From Alphaproteobacteria bacterium (GTDB taxonomy: Bacteria; Pseudomonadota; Alphaproteobacteria; Bin95), in NCBI GenBank assembly GCA_030833925.1, contig JAURGE010000002.1:65214-129213 (forward strand): a stretch of DNA of 64,000 nucleotides, read 5' to 3'. The translations under genes were made by a program, and so were the position numbers. This document shows positions 41,757 through 50,724 of this stretch, in pieces. Positions within the stretch are counted from its first letter, which is position 1. The number at the start of each line of letters is the position of its first letter. Below the pieces are notes generated by a model. That model was not told the DNA's origin and did no database searches. It saw only the letters and a list, made by a program, of their open reading frames with translations.

Positions 41757-42634
41757 TGAAAGCCCGACCTAGATCATATTGGATAGGATTTGCCCTCACC
41801 GCGCTCGGAGCCGTAATCCTTTCTCCCGATGCAACTCTATTCAAACTTATCCAAAGCGATCTTTGGACTGCTGTTTTTTGGCGAGCCCTGTTCTTGTCCA
41901 TAGCTGTTTGGGCATGGCTAATTCTAACTAGGCGGCATGATCTAACATCGGAAGTAAAACGCCTTGGTTGGGCACTGCCCGCTGGCGCACTCTGCTGGGC
42001 CATCAGCAATCTTGGTTTCATATTTGCCTTAAAACACACCACAGTCGCCGACACTTTAGCCATCATTGCTACAGCCCCTATTTTTGCTGCCATTTTTGGA
42101 AGTCTCGTTGGCGAAAGAATAGCGATACGCACTTGGCTAGCTGCGCTAACCATCGCTCTTGGTATTGCAATTATTTTCGAAGCAAGTTTTGAAGCCAAAA
42201 CAATGATGGGTGCTTTGGCTGCACTAGCAACAGCAATCTCAGTCGCACTTTTTTTCGTAATCGGCCGGTTGAAACGCGATCAAGATCTAACACCTGCGCT
42301 TGGTTTGAGCGCAGGCCTAACCGCCCTCTTCGCTATCTTTATGGCAGATACTTTGATGCCAGTAACGGCGGATTGGCCGAACCTGGTTTTCGTTGGACTT
42401 TTCCTGCTACCCGTTTCTCTAATTCTTATCACCCTTGGCCCTCGGAGGCTGCCCGCTGCCGAGGTAGGACTATTGATGCTCCTCGAGACTGCGCTTGGGC
42501 CTATTTGGGCTTGGACTGTACTTGGAGAGATACCTTCTGAAACAACAATTCTAGGAGGTACACTTATTGTGGGCGCTCTGGGAGCACATGGTATAGCCGC
42601 GTGGAAAAGCCAAAACAACAATATTTGTCTATAA
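41756..42634 (+). CDS. DMT superfamily (EamA-like) transporter.
   Basis: 292 aa with 10 TM helices and two EamA repeats. Its start overlaps the HyuA stop by 1 nt. Confidence 0.75.
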   Translation: MKARPRSYWIGFALTALGAVILSPDATLFKLIQSDLWTAVFWRALFLSIAVWAWLILTRRHDLTSEVKRLGWALPAGALCWAISNLGFIFALKHTTVADTLAIIATAPIFAAIFGSLVGERIAIRTWLAALTIALGIAIIFEASFEAKTMMGALAALATAISVALFFVIGRLKRDQDLTPALGLSAGLTALFAIFMADTLMPVTADWPNLVFVGLFLLPVSLILITLGPRRLPAAEVGLLMLLETALGPIWAWTVLGEIPSETTILGGTLIVGALGAHGIAAWKSQNNNICL

Positions 42635-42814
42635 AGTAATTAAAAACAATAATTTGTATTTTTTTATTAAGAATATAGTTTAGTTTTTTTCGCATAAACA
42701 ATACGGAATTAATTCAGTTGTTCAGCAATTTTTTAGCATCAAGAACAAGTCTGCATAAACGTTTTCAATGCAAAGACAGCGCCTTACATTCCTGGTTTGA
42801 GTTATTAAGGGAGG
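42635..42814. other. AT-rich convergent intergenic spacer between the DMT transporter and tyrS, containing palindromes. It is probably a bidirectional terminator region.
   Basis: The composition is strikingly AT-rich relative to the rest of the window. It contains the palindrome GAATTAATTC and a TGCAT-AAACGTTT-TCA-ATGCA hairpin. Confidence 0.35.
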
Positions 42815-44074
42815 CTATTCGACTGGCCTCAAAAGAACATGCCTCTTTTTTCCAGCGGAAAGCTTGATCGAACCTGCCGAGCTAAGATCTGCTAAAGAGA
42901 TCAATTGGTCCTCAACCGAAATAGAAACGTCATTTAAACGGGCACCACCGCCTTTGATTAAACGCCGCCCTTCCCCGTTTGAACCAACAAGTCCTGCAAG
43001 GCGCAAACCCTCATAGGCAGGAATCCCTGGAGAGAGCAGTTCTTTAGGCACTTCAACTGAAGGAAGAGCTGCCTGAAGACTTCCTTCTTCAAATGTCTGC
43101 CGGGCAATTTCTGCAGCAGCCTCGGCTGAAGCAATACCGTGAGCCATCGCCGTTGCCTCAGTAGCCAAGCGCTTCTTTACTTCGTTTAGCTCAACGCCTT
43201 CAAAGCGCTCCAGTTCCTCTATCTCTGCAAGAGGGAGATCAGTGAAAAGTCGAAGGAACCGTCCGACATCATCATCGGCAGTGTTTCGCCAAAACTGCCA
43301 GTAATCATAGGCTGATAAACGTTCCTCATTCAGCCAGATTGCCCCAGAAGCCGTTTTGCCCATCTTCGCACCGCTTGCAGTAGTTATTAGCGGTGTTGTC
43401 ATTCCATAAACTTCATTGCCATCCATACGACGGGCCAAATCAACTCCCATGACAATATTGCCCCATTGGTCTGAACCTCCCATTTGAAGGATGCAGCCAT
43501 AGCGGCGAGCTAATTCAGCAAAGTCATATGCCTGGAGAACCATATAGTTGAATTCTAAAAATGAGAGCGGCTGCTCCCTCTCCAACCGGAGCTTTACGGA
43601 GTCCATTGTTAGCATTCGGTTAACCGAAAAATGACGCCCGACTTCTCTCAACAGAGGAATATATTTCAGTTGATCAAGCCATTCCGCATTATCAACCATA
43701 ACAGCATCGGTTGGTCCGTCACCGAAGGTTAAAAACTTTTCAAACACTTTGCGAATGCCAGTCATATTGGCTTTGATTTGATCCTCGGTAATTAGCTGGC
43801 GAGCTTCGTCTTTCCCGGAAGGGTCACCTATCTTCGTTGTCCCACCACCCATCAAAACAATGGGCTTGTGCCCCGTTTTCTGCAACCAACGCAGCATCAT
43901 AATTTGAACCAGACTGCCCACGTGTAGGCTATCTGCTGTACAATCAAAGCCAATATAAGCTGCTAATGGCTTGCCAGAAGCAGCCTGATGGTCCAGACCA
44001 CTTTGATCGGTGCATTGGTGCAAAAACCCTCGCGAGGTCATTGCACGCATGAAATCGCTTGCAAGTGCGTTCAT
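42815..44074 (-). CDS. tyrS: Tyrosyl-tRNA synthetase.
   Basis: 419 aa with a class I HIGH-like motif (SLHVGSL), KMGKT (KMSKS), and a C-terminal S4 domain. Confidence 0.95.
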   Translation of the reverse strand: MNALASDFMRAMTSRGFLHQCTDQSGLDHQAASGKPLAAYIGFDCTADSLHVGSLVQIMMLRWLQKTGHKPIVLMGGGTTKIGDPSGKDEARQLITEDQIKANMTGIRKVFEKFLTFGDGPTDAVMVDNAEWLDQLKYIPLLREVGRHFSVNRMLTMDSVKLRLEREQPLSFLEFNYMVLQAYDFAELARRYGCILQMGGSDQWGNIVMGVDLARRMDGNEVYGMTTPLITTASGAKMGKTASGAIWLNEERLSAYDYWQFWRNTADDDVGRFLRLFTDLPLAEIEELERFEGVELNEVKKRLATEATAMAHGIASAEAAAEIARQTFEEGSLQAALPSVEVPKELLSPGIPAYEGLRLAGLVGSNGEGRRLIKGGGARLNDVSISVEDQLISLADLSSAGSIKLSAGKKRHVLLRPVE

Positions 44075-44141
44075 AATCGCTCAGAGCCCTAGGGGCGGTA
44101 AAGGAAACTAGAACACTGCGCTTAGCACAGCGTCCAGGCAT

Positions 44142-45236
44142 ATGCCAGAAGAGGGTATGAAAGTGAAAACATTCCGCTCAATTGGTTTGATGAGTGGTAC
44201 GTCAATGGATGGTATCGATGTAGCCCTAATTGAGACTGACGGCCGTCAGCACACGGTACCGATACAATCTTCATTTATGCCTTACTCGTCGGAATTCCGA
44301 TCTCGTCTCCGAAAAGCCATCAATGGTCAGATCGATCCAAAAACCATTGAAGGTGAATTGACCGAGTTGCATGCAGAAGCCGTCAAACTACTTCTTCAGA
44401 GTTCCAGAAGCCCAAGCGCAACTATAGATATCGTAGGATTTCACGGTCACACAGTGAAGCATCGACCTACCGAAAAGCTAACTTGGCAGATTGGTGACGG
44501 GGAATTGCTTGCTAGAAGGCTGGGAATCAAAGTCGCGTATGACTTCAGGTCAGCTGACGTTATGTCTGGAGGCGAAGGTGCCCCTTTGGCCCCTATTTAC
44601 CACTCTGCGCTTGCAGCAAAAGTGACGAGCCGACCGCTTGCAATAGTCAATATTGGTGGAGTTTCCAACATTACTTGGATAGGCAATGACGGCGCGATTA
44701 TCGCTTGTGATGTTGGCCCTGGAAACGGGCCCATTGATGATTGGGTATTGTCAAATACAGGCCATGATTTCGATAAAAACGGTCAAATTGCCCGAAATGG
44801 CCTTGTAGATGAAAATCGCGTCACAAAAGTCATGTCCTCGACCTTCTTCACACGACCACCTCCTAAATCATTAGACAGGTTAGATTTCACCCAGTCATTA
44901 GCCTCAGGACAAACACTAGAAGACGGCGCGGCGACACTGACAGAAATTACGGCGCGAAGCATCATTTCCGTTACTAAGGTTCTGCCGTCGCCACCAAAAC
45001 TTTGGCTTATAACTGGCGGCGGCCGAAAAAACGCATATCTTATGGAACGTCTACAAGCGCTTGCAGACAGCACACTTGATATCATCGAAAGCATAGGCAT
45101 CAACGGTGACGATCTAGAAGCTCAAGCTTTTGCATATCTTGCTGTTCGAACTGAACTCGGGCTGCCTATCAGCTTCCCAAAAACAACAGGAGCACCCGTT
45201 CCAATGCCGGGGGGTCAGATAGCACTTCCTACCTAA
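44142..45236 (+). CDS. anmK: Anhydro-N-acetylmuramic acid kinase.
   Basis: Contains the motif IGLMSGTSMDGIDVALIE characteristic of AnmK. It is divergent from tyrS as in many alphaproteobacteria. The start is possibly the ATG at 44157. Confidence 0.85.
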   Translation: MPEEGMKVKTFRSIGLMSGTSMDGIDVALIETDGRQHTVPIQSSFMPYSSEFRSRLRKAINGQIDPKTIEGELTELHAEAVKLLLQSSRSPSATIDIVGFHGHTVKHRPTEKLTWQIGDGELLARRLGIKVAYDFRSADVMSGGEGAPLAPIYHSALAAKVTSRPLAIVNIGGVSNITWIGNDGAIIACDVGPGNGPIDDWVLSNTGHDFDKNGQIARNGLVDENRVTKVMSSTFFTRPPPKSLDRLDFTQSLASGQTLEDGAATLTEITARSIISVTKVLPSPPKLWLITGGGRKNAYLMERLQALADSTLDIIESIGINGDDLEAQAFAYLAVRTELGLPISFPKTTGAPVPMPGGQIALPT

Positions 45237-45265
45237 CCACCTACCGCCTTGCTGGTACCAGTACC

Positions 45266-46003
45266 TCAGTCCTCCTCTGGAAGAGATTGGAAGATACCAT
45301 CCTCCTCAATTCTCCTATCCAGATAGGCTTCACATCGCCCAAGCATCATTTCAAGCTTTTTGCCGAAAACGTGCCCTGCTCCCTCAATATTCTCGTAATC
45401 AACGATGATACCCTTCTGCAGGGCAAGTTTATCAACCAACCGCAGCACCGCCTCTTGAGGCACAATCTCATCAGCATCACCATGAATAATGAGGCCAGAT
45501 GAGGGACAAGGCGCTAGGAACGAAAAATCATACATGTTTGCGGGTGGCGAGATTGAAATGAACCCGCCCATTTCTGGCCGCCGCATTAACAGCTGCATAC
45601 CGATCCAAGCGCCAAACGAGAATCCCGCGACCCAAACGGTTTTAGACTCTGGCCTTAAAGTTTGTAGCCAATCAAGCGCGGCAGCAGCATCCATTAGCTC
45701 TCCCTCGCCACGGCCATATTCACCTTGCGAGCGACCTACTCCGCGAAAATTAAAACGAAGCGTTCCAAAACCTCGCTTCGCAAACATGTGTGCCAGCCCT
45801 TGCACCACACGGTTGTTCATGTTTCCACCATACTGCGGATGGGGGTGCAGTATTACCGCAAGAGGAGCAGTTGCTGACTCGACATGATGGTATCTGCCTT
45901 CAAGGCGTCCTTCGGGACCAGTTATAATGACTTCAGCCATAATGTACTCTCTTTGCGGGGTGGCGGTCCCATCAGAAAAAGTTGGGACATCGCTTATAAT
46001 CAC
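45266..46003 (-). CDS. Alpha/beta hydrolase.
   Basis: 245 aa with a GFSFGAW nucleophile motif and a C-terminal His region. Confidence 0.7.
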   Translation of the reverse strand: MIISDVPTFSDGTATPQREYIMAEVIITGPEGRLEGRYHHVESATAPLAVILHPHPQYGGNMNNRVVQGLAHMFAKRGFGTLRFNFRGVGRSQGEYGRGEGELMDAAAALDWLQTLRPESKTVWVAGFSFGAWIGMQLLMRRPEMGGFISISPPANMYDFSFLAPCPSSGLIIHGDADEIVPQEAVLRLVDKLALQKGIIVDYENIEGAGHVFGKKLEMMLGRCEAYLDRRIEEDGIFQSLPEED

Positions 46004-46068
46004 TAGAAATGCGCTTTTTCCAGGTTATTTTCAAGAAAATCGGCAAGGACGTGACGACGCAACAACTC

Positions 46069-47190
46069 ATGACTGTTTACTTGGACCACAATGCAGCCGC
46101 TCCGCTATCGCAAAAGGCCCTTAAAGCCATGGAAGCTGCAATGGCGAGTCAAGCCAATCCATCCTCGGTACATAAGCTTGGACGGCACGCCCACCAACTT
46201 GTTGAAGATGTGCGTGACAGAGTAGCAAGCGCCGTGGGGGCCGAGCGCGAAAATGTAACCTTCACCAGCTCAGGCACCGAAGCCTGCGCCTTGATATTAC
46301 GGCTTCCTGGACGAAGCCGCTTGATTACATCCGCGATAGAGCACACAGCCGTATTCGAAAATGCACCCAATGCCACCGTTGCGCCAGTAGATGTAGCCGG
46401 CCGAATAGACCTCGAAGCACTCAAGCAGTTATTAGGACAAGACGCCAGCGACTCAGTGGTTGCTCTGATGTTAGCCAACAATGAGACAGGTGTTATTCAA
46501 CCTGTTGCAGAAGCTGCAGAACTGGCCCATTCCGTTGGCGCATTGCTGGCGGTAGATTGCGCTCAAGCCTTCGGAAAAATCGATATAGACATGAACGCAT
46601 TAGGTGCTGACGCAATTGCTCTTTCAGCATCAAAGATTGGCGGGCCTTTGGGAGTAGGAGCTGCAATCTTTAGAAAAGGGCTGTCCCCGGTTCCACTGAT
46701 CTCAGGTGGAGGTCAGGAGCGTGGAATTCGAGGTGGAACAGAAAACGTTGTAGGCATTGCCGGCTTCGGGGGTGCTTTGAGCGACCTGTCAGCGCGATTA
46801 TGTTCAAAGGATCACATCCGAAGCCTCCGCGATCGGCTGGAATTAGGTATTCGCGAAATAGATCCCGCATGCCAGATTGCGGGAGAAAAATCGCCCCGGC
46901 TGTCCAACACAACTTCCATAGCTATGTCAGGTGTAAAGGCAGAGACACAAGTTATAGCTCTCGATCTTGCCGGCTTTGCCGTCTCTGCTGGAGCTGCTTG
47001 CTCCTCTGGAAAAGTAGCCTCTAGCCACGTTTTGAAGGCAATGGGCCTGCCAGAGGAACAAATAAGCTCTACCATCCGCATCAGCCTCGGGCCTGAAACG
47101 ACCCTGCCGGAAATTGATGGGTTCGTTCAAGCCTGGAGATCGTTGTATACTAAGAAAAATTCTAATCATGCAGCGGATCTGGCTGGATGA
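46069..47190 (+). CDS. Cysteine desulfurase, NifS-like class V aminotransferase.
   Basis: Begins MTVYLDHNAAAPL and carries a PLP-lysine region and the active-site Cys loop (SAGAACSSG). The start is at an internal Met of track ORF 46009..47190. Confidence 0.85.
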   Translation: MTVYLDHNAAAPLSQKALKAMEAAMASQANPSSVHKLGRHAHQLVEDVRDRVASAVGAERENVTFTSSGTEACALILRLPGRSRLITSAIEHTAVFENAPNATVAPVDVAGRIDLEALKQLLGQDASDSVVALMLANNETGVIQPVAEAAELAHSVGALLAVDCAQAFGKIDIDMNALGADAIALSASKIGGPLGVGAAIFRKGLSPVPLISGGGQERGIRGGTENVVGIAGFGGALSDLSARLCSKDHIRSLRDRLELGIREIDPACQIAGEKSPRLSNTTSIAMSGVKAETQVIALDLAGFAVSAGAACSSGKVASSHVLKAMGLPEEQISSTIRISLGPETTLPEIDGFVQAWRSLYTKKNSNHAADLAG

Positions 47191-48356
47191 ATAATTCAAT
47201 CTATCTTGACTATCAGGCAACAACACCGATTGACCCTAGAGCGCTTGATGCCATGCTTCCCTTTTTCCGGGAGGATTTTGGCAATCCTCACTCTACACAA
47301 CACTCCTTTGGCCAAAGGGCTGAGGCCGCCGTGGAAAGCGCACGGTCAAAAATTGCAAATCTAATTGGCGCCGAAGCCAGGGAACTTATTTTCACTTCCG
47401 GTGCTACTGAGTCGAATAACATTGCAATAATTGGCGCCTCCCGTTTTAGAGCAAAGATGGGAGATGGCGTTAAACGGGTGATTGTTTTTGCATTTGAACA
47501 CAAGTGCGTTTTGGAAGCAGCGAGATCTTTGAAAGAGGAGGGCTTCACTGTGGAAGTTCTCCCAGTGACACCGGATGGTTTCGCAGACCTTGACGCCCTG
47601 AAACATGCCCTCCGAACACCCGCATCTGTAGTTTCGCTGATGGCGGCTAATAATGAGATTGGCACGATTCAACCAATTGAAAAGGCTGGCGAGTTAACAA
47701 GATCAGCCGGAGCACTTCTGCACGTTGATGCTGCGCAAGCTGTTGGGAAAATTCCACTAAGTCTTTCGCAACTCAACGCCGACCTCCTAAGCATTTCTGC
47801 CCATAAGATGTACGGCCCAAAGGGGGTTGGAGCACTGTATGTTCGCCGACGACCGCGGGCGAGAATTCTTCCTCTGTTTCAAGGTGGTGGCCAGGAACGA
47901 GGATTGCGGTCCGGGACCATTCCTGCAGCTCTTTGCGTAGGCTTTGGGGCAGCCGCTGAGATTGCTCTCGAAAATATGACTGAGGAAGCTGAGCGACTGC
48001 AAAAACTTCGCACAAAATTCTGCGATGCTTTAGACGCCGCAGGTGCAAAATACAAAATTAATGGCTCAATGACGTCACGATTGCCGGGAAATTTAAACAT
48101 ATCATTTGATAATACTTCAGCATTACAAGTGATGCAGAACGCGACCAACGTAGCTATCTCAACAGGTTCTGCCTGTTCATCTGCATCGGTTGAGCCTTCA
48201 TATGTACTTCAGGCGCTTGGCGTTGATGACATAGTGGCAGCGGGCGCACTGAGGATTGGTTTTGGGCGAATGACAACAGAAGTTGAAGTTGAATTAGCTG
48301 CTCGCGAACTGGCCGCCGCAGCCAGATCTGCCAAAAATCAAACCTGGGCGGTATAG
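47187..48356 (+). CDS. iscS: Cysteine desulfurase of the IscS/NifS family.
   Basis: 389 aa with an IYLDYQATTPIDP N-terminus and an active-site SSGSACSS loop. Its ATGA start overlaps the upstream desulfurase stop. Confidence 0.85.
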   Translation: MNNSIYLDYQATTPIDPRALDAMLPFFREDFGNPHSTQHSFGQRAEAAVESARSKIANLIGAEARELIFTSGATESNNIAIIGASRFRAKMGDGVKRVIVFAFEHKCVLEAARSLKEEGFTVEVLPVTPDGFADLDALKHALRTPASVVSLMAANNEIGTIQPIEKAGELTRSAGALLHVDAAQAVGKIPLSLSQLNADLLSISAHKMYGPKGVGALYVRRRPRARILPLFQGGGQERGLRSGTIPAALCVGFGAAAEIALENMTEEAERLQKLRTKFCDALDAAGAKYKINGSMTSRLPGNLNISFDNTSALQVMQNATNVAISTGSACSSASVEPSYVLQALGVDDIVAAGALRIGFGRMTTEVEVELAARELAAAARSAKNQTWAV

Positions 48357-48361
48357 CGTTA

Positions 48362-48688
48362 ATGCCGAGAGTGATTTTTCTAAAGGATGGCAAATCTCCT
48401 CAAGAAGTAGAGGGACGGATTGGCGAGTCAATTTTGGCTTTGGCCTGGCGACTTGACCTCGGAATCGACGGCGACTGTGAAGGTGCAATGGCGTGCTCTA
48501 CATGCCATGTAATTTTAAAAGATCGAGATTTTGATCGCCTGTACCCACCCAGCGAGGAGGAAGACTCATTGCTTGATCTTGTCCCAGGAGCGTGCGCTAC
48601 GAGCCGTCTAGGTTGCCAGATCATCCTGACAGCAGACGATGATGGAATTACTTTACAATTACCTAAAACCACTCAGAGCCTGCTTTAA
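48362..48688 (+). CDS. fdx: 2Fe-2S ferredoxin, adrenodoxin/Fdx type.
   Basis: 108 aa with the Cys ligand pattern C-x5-C-x2-C...C (CEGAMACSTCHV...C). Confidence 0.8.
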   Translation: MPRVIFLKDGKSPQEVEGRIGESILALAWRLDLGIDGDCEGAMACSTCHVILKDRDFDRLYPPSEEEDSLLDLVPGACATSRLGCQIILTADDDGITLQLPKTTQSLL

Positions 48689-48757
48689 TGAAAGATTAGT
48701 GCCTCCTCAGGAACGGGCTGCAAAAAGCAAACTCCACCCAAATTAGGATCTTCAATA

Positions 48758-50284
48758 ATGCCTGATAGCCTCAATTTAGGCTGTATCTTTTCGGATCACC
48801 TAGGTCAAAATCGAAAAGCGCTTATAGATCTTGCTGAGGGCCAAGAAAGGACACTGACCTTTGATGAGTTGGATCACCTGGCAAGTGGTGTCGCCAGAGG
48901 CCTAAGAAAGCATAACCTCAAACCCGGCGACCGTGTGGGGGTATTAGCACTAAATCGCCTCGAATATTTAGCCGTTTTTTTCGGTGCGATGCGAAGTGGT
49001 TTGGTCCCAGCACCAATAAACATCAAATTAAGCCCAGATATGATTTCTTACATTCTGGAAGATGCTGGGTGCAAATTGATCTTTGCCGAAGCTGAGTTCG
49101 CGCATCTCTCTCCAAAGACCATACCTGTTGTTCATTTTGGTAAAGAGTTTGACGATTTTGTTGACTTCGGTCGGTTTGATCCCTTCAAGCCAGCTGCAGA
49201 TACAGTTGCTCTTCAGCCATACACTTCTGGCTCTACCGGCAAGCCGAAAGGCGTATTGCTTAGCCACAGCGGTCAAATGTGGGGGCCAACCACCGCAAAT
49301 TGGGCAACGCCTGAAAGTACATTTCTTGTTGCAGCTCCATTGTACCACAAAAATGCGTTGATGGTCACAAAGACGGCATTTGCCAAAGGAGCCCGCATTG
49401 TGCTCATGCCGCGTTTTGACGCCAAAACCTACATTCAAGCAATTGAGGATTATCGACCCGAAACGATTTCGGGAGTACCCGCTATGATTTCGATGCTTAT
49501 GCTAGAAAAATCAGCACTTAAGGACACCGATTTAACATCTGTTCGAGAAGTCTCAATGGGCTCGGCGCTCGCAGCCCCTCTACTCATTCGGCAGGTACAG
49601 GAAACTTTTAACAACCCTAAAATTACCATCCAATATGGTGTCACTGAGGGTGGCCCAAGGATGTTTGGAGATCATCCCGATAGTATTCCTCGCCCAATTG
49701 GGTCTTGTGGCTACCCTCTTTCTGGCGGGGACACAAAACTCGTTGAAGACCCTCAAAACCCAATTGATCCAGGAGGTCCCCTGACCGGCGAGCTCTGGGT
49801 TCGCAACCCAGGCGTAATGTTAGGCTACCACAATCTACCAGAGGCTACGGCGGCAAAATTGCCTGGCGATGGTTGGTTTAGAACGGGCGATATCCTTCGT
49901 CGCGATAGTGATGGTTTCTACTGGTTCCTTTCTCGCATGGACGACATGTTTAATTGCGGAGGCGAGAATGTGTATCCAGCAGAGGTGGAAGCAATACTCG
50001 AAAAACATCCAGCGGTCGCTCAATCTGCCGTAGTGTCGGTTCCACATAAAGTTAAAGGTGAAGCCCCTGTTGCATTCGTTGTACTTGCCTCGGAAAACGC
50101 CGCCAGCGAGGACGATTTGCGTCGTTTTGCTTTAGAGAATGGTCCAGCTTACGCGCATCCAAGAATGGTTTTTTTTATTGATGCATTACCACTCGCTAGC
50201 ACAAACAAAATTGACAGAAAAAGCCTAGAAAGTAAGGCTCGTATTCTCGCCGCTGAGCTTTCTGGAAACAAACCGTTAAACTGA
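48758..50284 (+). CDS. AMP-dependent synthetase/ligase (acyl-CoA synthetase family).
   Basis: 508 aa with an AMP-binding motif YTSGSTGKPKGV and a C-terminal domain. Confidence 0.85.
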   Translation: MPDSLNLGCIFSDHLGQNRKALIDLAEGQERTLTFDELDHLASGVARGLRKHNLKPGDRVGVLALNRLEYLAVFFGAMRSGLVPAPINIKLSPDMISYILEDAGCKLIFAEAEFAHLSPKTIPVVHFGKEFDDFVDFGRFDPFKPAADTVALQPYTSGSTGKPKGVLLSHSGQMWGPTTANWATPESTFLVAAPLYHKNALMVTKTAFAKGARIVLMPRFDAKTYIQAIEDYRPETISGVPAMISMLMLEKSALKDTDLTSVREVSMGSALAAPLLIRQVQETFNNPKITIQYGVTEGGPRMFGDHPDSIPRPIGSCGYPLSGGDTKLVEDPQNPIDPGGPLTGELWVRNPGVMLGYHNLPEATAAKLPGDGWFRTGDILRRDSDGFYWFLSRMDDMFNCGGENVYPAEVEAILEKHPAVAQSAVVSVPHKVKGEAPVAFVVLASENAASEDDLRRFALENGPAYAHPRMVFFIDALPLASTNKIDRKSLESKARILAAELSGNKPLN

Positions 50285-50365
50285 CCCTTTCCTTGTCGCA
50301 TAACACCGCCATATTCTTAGCCAGTGTAAAAAGGTTTTGGTCAATAAAAGGACGTTCAAAACGCT

Positions 50366-50695
50366 ATGAGCGACGATGACGATAATTCTGGCGATAACAC
50401 CCCTGGAACAGGGGTGGCGTTGCGAACAAAGCCAAAGACTAAAAAACCGTCCATGTATAAAGTCTTGATGCTTAACGACGATTACACACCAATGGAATTC
50501 GTTGTGCACGTGCTGGAATCTTTTTTCCGAAAATCACGTGAAGAGGCAACCCAAGTGATGTTGCACGTCCATAGGCGGGGAATCGGGATTTGTGGGGTTT
50601 ATACCTACGAAGTTGCCGAGACGAAGGTTACAGAGGTTGTGGAATTTGCCCGTCGACATGAGCACCCACTCCAGCTTACGCTAGAAAAAGAATAA
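50366..50695 (+). CDS. clpS: ATP-dependent Clp protease adaptor ClpS.
   Basis: 109 aa with the motif [20 protein letters not shown]. Confidence 0.9.
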   Translation: MSDDDDNSGDNTPGTGVALRTKPKTKKPSMYKVLMLNDDYTPMEFVVHVLESFFRKSREEATQVMLHVHRRGIGICGVYTYEVAETKVTEVVEFARRHEHPLQLTLEKE

Positions 50696-50724
50696 CGCCC
50701 GAAGCCTCGGAGGGACCTGAAGAA

